The notes under the pieces were generated by a model, which did no database searches, was not told where the DNA came from, and worked only from the letters and a program-made list of their open reading frames with translations. Below are positions 26,806 through 34,673 of a stretch of 36,085 nt of DNA, in pieces (the first letter of the stretch is position 1; each line of letters starts with the position of its first letter). The stretch covers positions 1 through 36,085 of the forward strand of contig JBGQCE010000001.1 of assembly GCA_041495185.1 (NCBI GenBank), written 5' to 3'. Source of the stretch: Bradyrhizobium sp. GTDB lineage: Bacteria > Pseudomonadota > Alphaproteobacteria > Rhizobiales > Xanthobacteraceae. The position numbers and the translations under genes were made by a program.

Positions 26806-27465
26806 TCATTGCGGAATGGACGTGGGAAGCCCGGTAATGCGAATGCCGGCGCCCGGGACCTTGTAGCGGCGATTGATCCCGATCAGGACCGACGTCAGCG
26901 CTTCCGCCGCGGCAGAATTAGCGAGTACCCCGCCATCGATGCCGCAGTTGCCGACTTCGTTGGCCAATCCGATCACGATGTCGCGCGATTCCTTGTCGTT
27001 ACCGAAAACAAGCACATCGCAATCGGCGCGACCACCTGAATGAAGCTTGGTAGCGCCGACATTGTGAAACGCCGAAACCACCCTGACGCCGTCTCCGAGC
27101 AGTATCTGCGCGATCTGCGCCGCTGAACCCTCGGCGGGCAACTGCACCACAGATACTTTCGGAGGCACCAGTGGCACGGCGGCATCCACCACGATCTTCC
27201 CTTGAACAGCGTTCTTCACTTCAAGCAAAGTCGCTTCGTGGCTGCCGAATGGAACGGCGAGAACCACGATGTCGGCAGACTTGGCTGCGCCGACATTATC
27301 GTCGCCGCGCGCATGCCCGCCCAGCTCCTTCGCAAAAGACCGCGCCTTGTCGGCTGAACGCGAACCGATCACGATGGAATAGCCGGCCGCAATCCACCGC
27401 TTAGCCAGCCCGGACCCGAGATCGCCGGTCCCTCCCAAAATTGCAATAACCGGCTTGGCGCTCAT
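26806..27465 (-). CDS. npdG: NADPH-dependent F420 reductase (F420H2:NADP+ oxidoreductase, Fno)
   Basis: GGTGDLGSGLA, IGSR, AVP, GSAAQ, VVSAFHNV and EALTSVLIGINRRYK. Confidence 0.93.
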   Translation of the reverse strand: MSAKPVIAILGGTGDLGSGLAKRWIAAGYSIVIGSRSADKARSFAKELGGHARGDDNVGAAKSADIVVLAVPFGSHEATLLEVKNAVQGKIVVDAAVPLVPPKVSVVQLPAEGSAAQIAQILLGDGVRVVSAFHNVGATKLHSGGRADCDVLVFGNDKESRDIVIGLANEVGNCGIDGGVLANSAAAEALTSVLIGINRRYKVPGAGIRITGLPTSIPQ

Positions 27466-27504
27466 GGACCGACATTCCCTAGCGGTGCGATTGGCGGCAG
27501 TCGT

Positions 27505-28281
27505 TCAATCCAGCGTCATTTCGGTCAACGGCACAAGCTTGACGCCGGCCTTTTCGAGAGCTTCCCGTACCGCCCTGGCCGTCGCGACGCCGGTCGGCTC
27601 GTCGCCGTGAACGCAAAGCGAATGCACCTTGCAGGGAATCTTCTTGCCGTTTCGCGAGGTGATGAAGTTGTTCACGACCATGTCGATGACTTGCCTGGTC
27701 GCCGCCGCCGGATCCTTCAGAACCGAACCGGGAATCTTGCGTGAGGTGAGGTTGCCGTCGTCGTCATATTGGCGGTCGCAAAACCCTTCAACGGCTACCC
27801 GCAGCCCGAGTTTGCGGCCGGCCTTTTCCATTTCCGAGCCGGCCAGTGCGACGTAAATAATATTGGAATCGACGGTCTTGATGGCGCGGCCGATCGCCAG
27901 CGCATACTCGCTGTTTTCGGCCGCCATGTTGTTCAACGCGCCATGCGGCTTGAGATGTGTGACCTTGACGTCGGAATAGGCCGCCATCGCCTGCAGCGCG
28001 CCGATTTGATAGGCCACCATGGATTCGAGATCGTCCGGCCGCGTGTCGATACGGCGGCGGCCAAACCCCCAGAGGTCATTGAAGCCCGGATGGACGCCGA
28101 TCGTCACCCCGTTCTGCTTGGCTTCAGCGACGACCCTGCGCATGATCAGCGGGTCGCCGGCATGAAAACCACAGGCGATATTGGCCGAGCCGATGATTTT
28201 CAGGATCCCTGAATCGTCGCCGATGTCATAAGCGCCGAACCCCTCAGCCATGTCTGCGTTCAGATTGATCTTGATTGTCAT
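27505..28281 (-). CDS. pxpA: 5-oxoprolinase subunit A-like (LamB/YcsF family)
   Basis: NLNADMAEGFG, SANIACGFHAGDP, KPHGALNN and CVHGD. Confidence 0.9.
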   Translation of the reverse strand: MTIKINLNADMAEGFGAYDIGDDSGILKIIGSANIACGFHAGDPLIMRRVVAEAKQNGVTIGVHPGFNDLWGFGRRRIDTRPDDLESMVAYQIGALQAMAAYSDVKVTHLKPHGALNNMAAENSEYALAIGRAIKTVDSNIIYVALAGSEMEKAGRKLGLRVAVEGFCDRQYDDDGNLTSRKIPGSVLKDPAAATRQVIDMVVNNFITSRNGKKIPCKVHSLCVHGDEPTGVATARAVREALEKAGVKLVPLTEMTLD

Positions 28282-28335
28282 TGTTCATCTCTGGTGTTGC
28301 GGTGGTGGTGAAAGGTCCCTGGCGTCAGAGAAATC

Positions 28336-28361
28336 GAACCTAAGGTACTATTGTTAGAAAG
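28336..28361. promoter_or_regulatory. Cluster operator motif copy 3 (upstream of pxpA-npdG-cofE-cofD-cofC-fbiC)
   Basis: Minus strand reads CTTTCTA-ACAA-TAGTACCT-TAGGTTC. Confidence 0.65.
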
Positions 28362-28383
28362 ACAATATGTTTCATGTCAGGGG

Positions 28384-29595
28384 TCATTTACGCGGACCAA
28401 AAAGCCTCCTGAAGATTTCCTTCACCCGGCCCGCGACCACGGAAAACATCAGCGATCCCGCGTCTATCCCTCCGTCCGCAGACGACAAATTCGCGGCAGC
28501 CCTGCCGCCCAGCCGGGCTTCCAGATTTTGCACAAAGGCAGCGGTCAGCCGCGCAGCCACGTCCTGCACAATATTGGCACGCCCGACCTGGGCCAGCATC
28601 CCTGTCAGGGTGTATCCGATCGTCACCGCTACTTCGGTCGACTGCCCGTCCCCGGCAGGCAGCAAGCGGTAGCTTATCATCCCTCGCGTTGTGGAGGTGC
28701 TGCGTTTGTCACTTCCTGCGCCTATTATTTGCCCGGAATACGAACTTTCGTCGCGCTCGATCTCGGCCTCGCCGCGAAACTCGGCGGCAATCGGCCCTAC
28801 CTTGACGCGAATTTGTCCCTCGACATGCTCGGGCGTCGGTTCTCCGGTCAGGCTGGCTCCCGGCAAACACGATGCTATGTCCTGAACACGGCCGAACATG
28901 TCCCACACCTGCTGGCGCGGATAAGCAACGACGAAATTCTGATCGAACGAGACCTGCGGCGTCCAAAGTCGATCAATCGACGGCTTCGATTTGCTGGTCG
29001 GTGCCGGTCGCGATTGCGGAGCAGGCACGGCGCGGCGAACTGAAGCATTCGTTCCTTCTTCGCTTGCATGACCGGACCCCGCGGGACCGACCGTGGAACG
29101 TCCGCCGCCCGAGATCGGCGCGATACCGCGGGCCCGGCGCTCGGCGATGACGCTCCTGATGGCGCGAATGATGCCGACGTAACCGGTGCAGCGGCAAAGA
29201 TTTCCGCTCATCGCAACGCGGATGTCTTGCTCGTCCGGCGTGGGACTGCGCATGACGAGGTCACGCGCCGAGACCAGCATGCCCGGCGTGCAGTACCCGC
29301 ACTGCAACGCATGCTCGCGCTTGAACGCATCGCGCAGTTCGCCGGTGATCTCGTCGTGATCGAGCCCCTCGATTGTGACAACTTCGGCGCCATCGCACGC
29401 CACGGCATAGGTGATACAGGAACGCACTGGTACGCCATCGACCAGAATCGTGCACGCGCCGCAAACGCCGTGCTCGCAACCAAGATGCGTGCCGGTCAGA
29501 TCGCGGCTTTCGCGCAGGAAGTCCGCCAGATGCGTGCGTGGTTCGACGCTGCTCGAAACCGGTTGGCCATTAACTTTAAGTGAAATCTGATTCAT
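28384..29595 (-). CDS. Molybdenum hydroxylase small [2Fe-2S] subunit fused to a CoxG/SRPBCC domain
   Basis: GCEHGVCGACT...C and QCGYC...NLCRCTGY, then a P/S/A-rich linker, then QVWDMF...IASCLPGA...VKVGPI (CoxG-like); ATG 29595 overlaps the upstream stop. Confidence 0.9.
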   Translation of the reverse strand: MNQISLKVNGQPVSSSVEPRTHLADFLRESRDLTGTHLGCEHGVCGACTILVDGVPVRSCITYAVACDGAEVVTIEGLDHDEITGELRDAFKREHALQCGYCTPGMLVSARDLVMRSPTPDEQDIRVAMSGNLCRCTGYVGIIRAIRSVIAERRARGIAPISGGGRSTVGPAGSGHASEEGTNASVRRAVPAPQSRPAPTSKSKPSIDRLWTPQVSFDQNFVVAYPRQQVWDMFGRVQDIASCLPGASLTGEPTPEHVEGQIRVKVGPIAAEFRGEAEIERDESSYSGQIIGAGSDKRSTSTTRGMISYRLLPAGDGQSTEVAVTIGYTLTGMLAQVGRANIVQDVAARLTAAFVQNLEARLGGRAAANLSSADGGIDAGSLMFSVVAGRVKEIFRRLFGPRK

Positions 29596-30422
29596 GCGCC
29601 GGACGCCTGTCGAACGGCGCGGGCGAGCGCGACCGTGTGGATTTGCCTGTCGAGCGGATCCGTCATTCCGACCGATTGCAGCATCGCATCGGCGGCGCCT
29701 TGATCGAAGTCCGCGAGATTGTAGGAGCCGCGGAACAACGCGCGCGCATCGGACAGCACCAGCGGCTTGCGCTCGGTCGCTCCAATAACGGCGCGAAACA
29801 CATTGCGCGAACGATCGAGCAGGACCGCGCCGATCGCGTGCGCGTATTCCCCGGTCTTGCGGCAAACCTTGTGATATCCCCATTGTGCCGACGCGGACTG
29901 AGCCGGCACCCGGATGGCCTCGAGCAGTTCGCCTGCCCCCAGCACCGTCTCCAGCGCGCCAGTTACGTAGGTTTCGACCGCCATTGTTCTCGCGCCGCCT
30001 GCGCCGCGTACGATGGCCTCTGCGCCGAGTGCCGATAGCGCCGACACCCAGTCGGCGGAGGGGTCGGCAGTGGTGAGACTGCCGCCGATGGTGCCGCGAT
30101 TGCGCACCGCGCGATAGGCGATGCCGGCCGCGACGGCGCGCATGGCGCCGTTCGTTGCATCGGGCACACGGCCGTCTTCGATGTCCGCATGCGTCACGCA
30201 GGCGCCGAGAACCACATAGTCCCGTTGCTGCTCCGCATGCTTCAATTCGGCGAGCGCCGTGATGTCGACAATCAGGTCGGGCTGCACAAGCCGCATGTTG
30301 AGCATGGGACCGAGCGATTGGCCGCCCGCGAGCACCTTTGCATGAGCGCTTTCGTCGGCAAGCAGCCCGATCGCGTCAGCAAGATGCCGCGGACGCTCGT
30401 ATGCAAAATTGACCGGCTTCAC
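29592..30422 (-). CDS. Molybdenum hydroxylase medium FAD-binding subunit (CoxM/CutM-like)
   Basis: MKPVNFAYERP, LAGGQSLGPMLNMRL and AVRNRGTIGGSL; 276 aa. Confidence 0.92.
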   Translation of the reverse strand: MKPVNFAYERPRHLADAIGLLADESAHAKVLAGGQSLGPMLNMRLVQPDLIVDITALAELKHAEQQRDYVVLGACVTHADIEDGRVPDATNGAMRAVAAGIAYRAVRNRGTIGGSLTTADPSADWVSALSALGAEAIVRGAGGARTMAVETYVTGALETVLGAGELLEAIRVPAQSASAQWGYHKVCRKTGEYAHAIGAVLLDRSRNVFRAVIGATERKPLVLSDARALFRGSYNLADFDQGAADAMLQSVGMTDPLDRQIHTVALARAVRQASGA

Positions 30423-32785
30423 GATTGCGCTCCGCTTCGCACGGCGGCGCCCGTTCCCAGCGCTTTGGCGGCAGCGATGGCTTCAAGCACACGGCGCGGA
30501 GTGATCGGCGAGCAGAGAAGCTCGGCGCCCAACCCTTTGAGTGCGTCGTTGACAGCGTTGGCGATCGCCGCAGGCGGGGCGATCGCGCCACCCTCTCCGA
30601 TTCCCTTGACTCCGAATTCGGTATAGGGGGCCAGGGTTTCCATATGATCGAGGCGGGGCTCGGGGACTTCGGTCGGTCCCGGCAGCAGATAATCCGCGAA
30701 TGTCGTGGCCAGCGGCTGGCCATTTTTGTCGAACGGCATCTCCTCATAAAGCGCCGTGCCGATGCCCTGCGCGAGGCCGCCATAGATCTGGCCGTCGACG
30801 ACCATCGGATTTACCAGCTTGCCGCCGTCCTCGACGATGACATAATCCAGGATCTCGACGTCGCCGAGTTCCGGATCGACGGCAACCAACACGGCATGCG
30901 CCGCATAACTGAATGTGCCGCTGTCGCGCTCCGGCTTGTAGCCGACGGTGGCTTCGAGACCGCCGCGATGGGCGTCGGACGGCAGATCCTGCGGGCGCAA
31001 ATACCAAGCGCGCGCGATATCCTGCATGCCGACATCGCTCGCAGCCGAAATCACTCGACCGTTCGCGAATTGCACGTCTTCGGTTTTGACCTGCAGCAGG
31101 CTGGCGCCGATCTGCTTGGCGCGGGCTTCGATCTCGCGGCAGGCGCTTGCCACCGCGCCGCCGGCCATCACCATGCAGCGCGATCCCCAGGTACCGGTCG
31201 AATAGGGAGTGACTGCCGTGTCGCCCAGGATCACTTTGACCTTCGACGTATCGATGCCGAGAATTTCAAAGGCGACCTGAGCGAGCGTCGTTTCCAGACC
31301 TTGCCCGTGCGAATGAACGCCGACCCGCAATTCGAGCCCGCCATCCGGTGTCACCCGCGCCGTGGCCTGCTCATGGCCGGGCACCATGGGAATTCCCCAG
31401 CCGGCATAGACCGACGTGCCGTGCGCGGCCTGCTCGCAATAGATCGAAAGTCCGAAGCCCAAAAGCCGGCCATCCGGTTCCCCCTTCGCCTGGCGCGCCC
31501 GCAGCGCCGGAAGATCGAAATGGGCCAGCGCGCGCCGCAGCGCTTCCGGATAATCGCCGCTGTCGAAATGTTTCTTGGTGATGTTGTCGAACGGCATCTG
31601 CTCCGGCCGGACAAGGTTCTTGAAGCGCACCTCGTGCGGCTCGAGCCCAGCCTCTCTTGCGATCGCATCGAGGATTAGCTCGATCGCGAAACACACGCCC
31701 GTGCGCGCCACGCCGCGGTAGGGCAGAATCGGACATTTGTTGGTGGCGACAGACCACGTCTTGCAGCGATATGCTTCGAAATCGTACGGCCCAGGCAGAA
31801 TGCTCGCGACCTGCGCGGCCTCAAGACATGCCGAGAACGGATAGGACGAGTACGCGCCAGAATCGACCGTCGCCTCGCAGTCGATGCCGCGCAGCCGACC
31901 ATCGCGGTCGGCGTAGCCGGTGATGAGGTAATGATGCTCGCGGCAATTGGCGCCGGCCGTCAGATGTTCGCGGCGATCCTCGATCCAGCGGACTGGATGT
32001 CCGCGACGCCTCGTCAGCCACGACAGACAGACTTCTTCCGGCAGCAGAATTCCCTTGTACCCGAAGCCGCCGCCGACATCGGGGGAAATGACGCGAATAT
32101 TTCCGTGATCGAGCCCCAGACATTCCGACAGGCCGGTGCGGTTGATGTGAGGCATCTGCGCAGCGGTATAGACGGTGAGCTGCTCGAGCCGGTGGTTCCA
32201 TGATGCCACGACACCCCGGCCCTCAAGCGGCGCCATCGATTGACGCGCGGTGCGGATCACGCGTGTGACCTTGATCGGCGCGTCGAGGGCCCTGTCGATG
32301 TTCACCTCGACGAAGGTTTCGAGGAAGATGTTGTCGCCCCAATGCTCGTGGATCAGCGCCGAACCCGGCTCGCGCGCTTCCAGCATATCGTAGACCGCCG
32401 GCAACTCTTCCAGATCGAGTTCGACCGAAGCGGCGATATCCTCGGCTTCCGCGCGCGTGCGTCCGACGCACATCGCGACCAGTTCGCCGACTTGGCGCAC
32501 CTTGCCGGAGGCAAGCACCGGCTGCTCGGAAACCTTGAACCCGGGCAGTCCCGAGACGGCGCGGATCGGCTTCACCCCGTCAAGATCGGCGGCGGTAAAA
32601 ACGCTATCCTTGTGTTCGGGCGGGATCGATATCCCGCGAATGCGCGCGTGGGCAAGCGGGCTGCGGACGAACGCCACGTCCTGCATGCCGGCAAGACGAA
32701 TATCGGCGACGAATTCGCCGCGCCCACGCATCAGCCGATCATCTTCCTTGCGCAGGAGCCGCGCGCCTACCCCCTGCTCCACCAT
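30419..32785 (-). CDS. Molybdenum hydroxylase large molybdopterin subunit (xanthine dehydrogenase family, CoxL-like)
   Basis: RKEDDRL, RSPLAHA, QMPH, VGGGFGYK, PYRGVAR, HGQGLET, GTWGSR, GQIYGG and KGIGEGG; RBS GAGGGAG favours ATG 32785 (ORF track start 32791). Confidence 0.93.
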   Translation of the reverse strand: MVEQGVGARLLRKEDDRLMRGRGEFVADIRLAGMQDVAFVRSPLAHARIRGISIPPEHKDSVFTAADLDGVKPIRAVSGLPGFKVSEQPVLASGKVRQVGELVAMCVGRTRAEAEDIAASVELDLEELPAVYDMLEAREPGSALIHEHWGDNIFLETFVEVNIDRALDAPIKVTRVIRTARQSMAPLEGRGVVASWNHRLEQLTVYTAAQMPHINRTGLSECLGLDHGNIRVISPDVGGGFGYKGILLPEEVCLSWLTRRRGHPVRWIEDRREHLTAGANCREHHYLITGYADRDGRLRGIDCEATVDSGAYSSYPFSACLEAAQVASILPGPYDFEAYRCKTWSVATNKCPILPYRGVARTGVCFAIELILDAIAREAGLEPHEVRFKNLVRPEQMPFDNITKKHFDSGDYPEALRRALAHFDLPALRARQAKGEPDGRLLGFGLSIYCEQAAHGTSVYAGWGIPMVPGHEQATARVTPDGGLELRVGVHSHGQGLETTLAQVAFEILGIDTSKVKVILGDTAVTPYSTGTWGSRCMVMAGGAVASACREIEARAKQIGASLLQVKTEDVQFANGRVISAASDVGMQDIARAWYLRPQDLPSDAHRGGLEATVGYKPERDSGTFSYAAHAVLVAVDPELGDVEILDYVIVEDGGKLVNPMVVDGQIYGGLAQGIGTALYEEMPFDKNGQPLATTFADYLLPGPTEVPEPRLDHMETLAPYTEFGVKGIGEGGAIAPPAAIANAVNDALKGLGAELLCSPITPRRVLEAIAAAKALGTGAAVRSGAQS

Positions 32786-32828
32786 TCGCACTCCCTCGAT
32801 GGTCGACGATACATCACTTCGCCAAATT

Positions 32829-32854
32829 CATCCTATTTTTAGGATGATAGCAAG
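32829..32854. promoter_or_regulatory. Cluster operator motif copy 4 (upstream of the Mo-hydroxylase operon)
   Basis: CATCCTA-TTTT-TAGGATGA-TAGCAAG; includes the perfect inverted repeat TCATCCTA-N4-TAGGATGA (32828-32847). Confidence 0.8.
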
Positions 32855-32916
32855 ATCTGGATTGCGAAGTTCGACGATCAAGAATTTGCAGTTATGGCAG
32901 CAGGTCGACGCGCAAT

Positions 32917-33729
32917 TCAGGCTTTGCCGGACTTGCGCCGCGCCAGACCGACGGCCTTGAACCCATTGCGCGGCTTCTTTTCCGGCAGCGGCTTTGTCGC
33001 AAGCAGGTCGACCTGCAGCTTGATGCTTTCGCTCCGGTAGGTGATGTCGCCGACATAAATCGCGATGCCGCCGTCATCGATGACGACGCAATGGGCCTCC
33101 ACAGTCGGCGCGCCGATCGAGATTTTGAGCAGATCAGCGACCTCGGGATCCGCGCTGCCGATGGTCAGCGTCTGGTGCGCCGCGAGCAGCGTGATCTCGT
33201 CCATGGCATCGATCGTCACCAGCGCCGCCGCGCCCTTGAACCGCTCGGGGTTCAGGTCAAAGACTTCACGCGCCAAATGGAGATTGACGACGGAATACGG
33301 GTCTTCGTTGCGGTACTGGACGCTGCGCAGTTTGACGTAGCTCGATGCCAGGTCGCCGTCGGAACTGCCCAAGTTCGGCGGCGCCACGTCGTAGTCAATC
33401 GCCAGCCGGCGCGGAACATTGTCCTTCAGCGACTCGATCAGGCTGTTCCAGTTGGTCGCAAGCTTCACCCAGTGCCGGTCGTGGGTCTTTTTCGAGACAA
33501 AGGTGCCAAGTCCCTGACGTGCTTGCAGCAAACCTTCTTCGCGCAGGATATCGACAGCCTGTCTTACGGTGACGCGCGCGACCTCAAATTCCCGCTCGAG
33601 CTCTTCAAGGGTCGAGATTCTTTCCCCGGCGCTCCACTGTCCAGTCTGAATCCGCGACCGCAACACGGAAGCGACCTGAATGTACAAGGGCACTCTGCTT
33701 CGATCATATGCCTTTAACAGCTTGGACAC
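32917..33729 (-). CDS. GntR-family transcriptional regulator, HutC/UTRA type
   Basis: PLYIQV...LEREFEVARVTVRQAVDILREEGLL...QGLGTFV winged HTH; C-terminal UTRA-like domain; 270 aa. Confidence 0.92.
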   Translation of the reverse strand: MSKLLKAYDRSRVPLYIQVASVLRSRIQTGQWSAGERISTLEELEREFEVARVTVRQAVDILREEGLLQARQGLGTFVSKKTHDRHWVKLATNWNSLIESLKDNVPRRLAIDYDVAPPNLGSSDGDLASSYVKLRSVQYRNEDPYSVVNLHLAREVFDLNPERFKGAAALVTIDAMDEITLLAAHQTLTIGSADPEVADLLKISIGAPTVEAHCVVIDDGGIAIYVGDITYRSESIKLQVDLLATKPLPEKKPRNGFKAVGLARRKSGKA

Positions 33730-33770
33730 ATTATCACTTCTTCCGAGATTCGGTGCTTGCCGCGGCTGCG

Positions 33771-33798
33771 ATCATAACTAACCTCAAGCTCAAAGCAA
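33771..33798 (-). promoter_or_regulatory. Possible sigma70 promoter of the gntR gene
   Basis: Minus strand TTGCTT-N16-TATGAT, about 40 nt upstream of the start. Confidence 0.4.
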
Positions 33799-33888
33799 TG
33801 CGTTAGCGCAGCGCGCCGATCCGCCGAATCTATCGCGCTGGCCAGCCGTCGGCGCTGTGCGCGACGCTGCGCATGCTGATACAGGGAT

Positions 33889-33924
33889 TTGACGCAATAG
33901 TACTATCTTTAGTACTATAATATC
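33889..33924 (+). promoter_or_regulatory. pxpBC promoter overlapped by operator motif copy 5
   Basis: TTGACG(33889)-N18-TACTAT(33913); operator AGTACTA-TCTT-TAGTACTA-TAATATC (33899-33924) with the perfect inverted repeat ATAGTACTA-N4-TAGTACTAT (33897-33918). Confidence 0.75.
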
Positions 33925-33947
33925 AATACGCATGAGTGCCCTTTTGC

Positions 33948-34673
33948 ATGGATGATTTCCGGATATTGCAAGCTGCAGACAGCGCGCTCGTGATCGAGTT
34001 CGGATCCACGATCGATCATAAGATCAGCGACCGCGTGCTTGCGTTGGCCGAAGCCCTGAAAAACGCCGGATTGCCGGGCGTCACCGAGGTAGTGGCGACG
34101 TTCCGCTCCTTGAGCGTGAACTATGATTCGCTGGTGACGGCAGGCCGCGAGCTGGAACAGGCGATTACCGCGTTGGTGAAGGAGCCCGGTGCATCGTCGC
34201 ATGTCAGACAACTGTGGGACATCCCGGTCTGCTACGATCCGCAATTCGCGCCCGACATCGAGGACGTCGCAAGATCCGTAGGTCTCACCACGGCGGAGGT
34301 CGCGGCGCTGCACGCCAGCATCCAATATCATGTCTACATGATCGGGTTTGTTCCGGGATATCCCTACATGGGAGACTTGCCGGCGAAGCTGCGGTTGCCG
34401 CGCCGGCCGGAGCCGCGAACGCGTGTTCCGCCCGGCTCGCTCGCCATCGCCTCCAGCATGACCGCGGTCTATCCGTATGAAAGTCCGGGCGGCTGGCACC
34501 TGATCGGAAGGTCACCAATCCGCTTTTTTGACCCGGAATCCGCGAAAGGTGCCTTGCTCGGCCCCGGCGATGCCGTGAAGTTCAGGCCAGTCACGTCCGC
34601 AGAGTTTTCCGGCATCCGGCTGGCCGCCGAACGTAACGACTTCGTGCCGGCCAGCACGGAGATCGCGGCGTGA
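33948..34673 (+). CDS. pxpB: 5-oxoprolinase subunit B-like (KipI/allophanate hydrolase subunit 1 family)
   Basis: IPVCYD, GFVPGYPY, PRTRVPPGSLAI and YPYESPGGWHLIGR; start 33948 or 33936. Confidence 0.92.
   Translation: MDDFRILQAADSALVIEFGSTIDHKISDRVLALAEALKNAGLPGVTEVVATFRSLSVNYDSLVTAGRELEQAITALVKEPGASSHVRQLWDIPVCYDPQFAPDIEDVARSVGLTTAEVAALHASIQYHVYMIGFVPGYPYMGDLPAKLRLPRRPEPRTRVPPGSLAIASSMTAVYPYESPGGWHLIGRSPIRFFDPESAKGALLGPGDAVKFRPVTSAEFSGIRLAAERNDFVPASTEIAA

Noticed and set aside
30425-31678. 417-aa plus-strand ORF
   Set aside because: Antisense shadow of the molybdopterin subunit gene.
28384-32785. Annotation as aerobic CO dehydrogenase or 4-hydroxybenzoyl-CoA reductase
   Set aside because: It lacks the AYXCSFR Cu-binding loop and coxDEF genes. 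The FAD subunit is 276 aa, without the Cys-rich [4Fe-4S] insert of the 4-hydroxybenzoyl-CoA reductase beta subunit.
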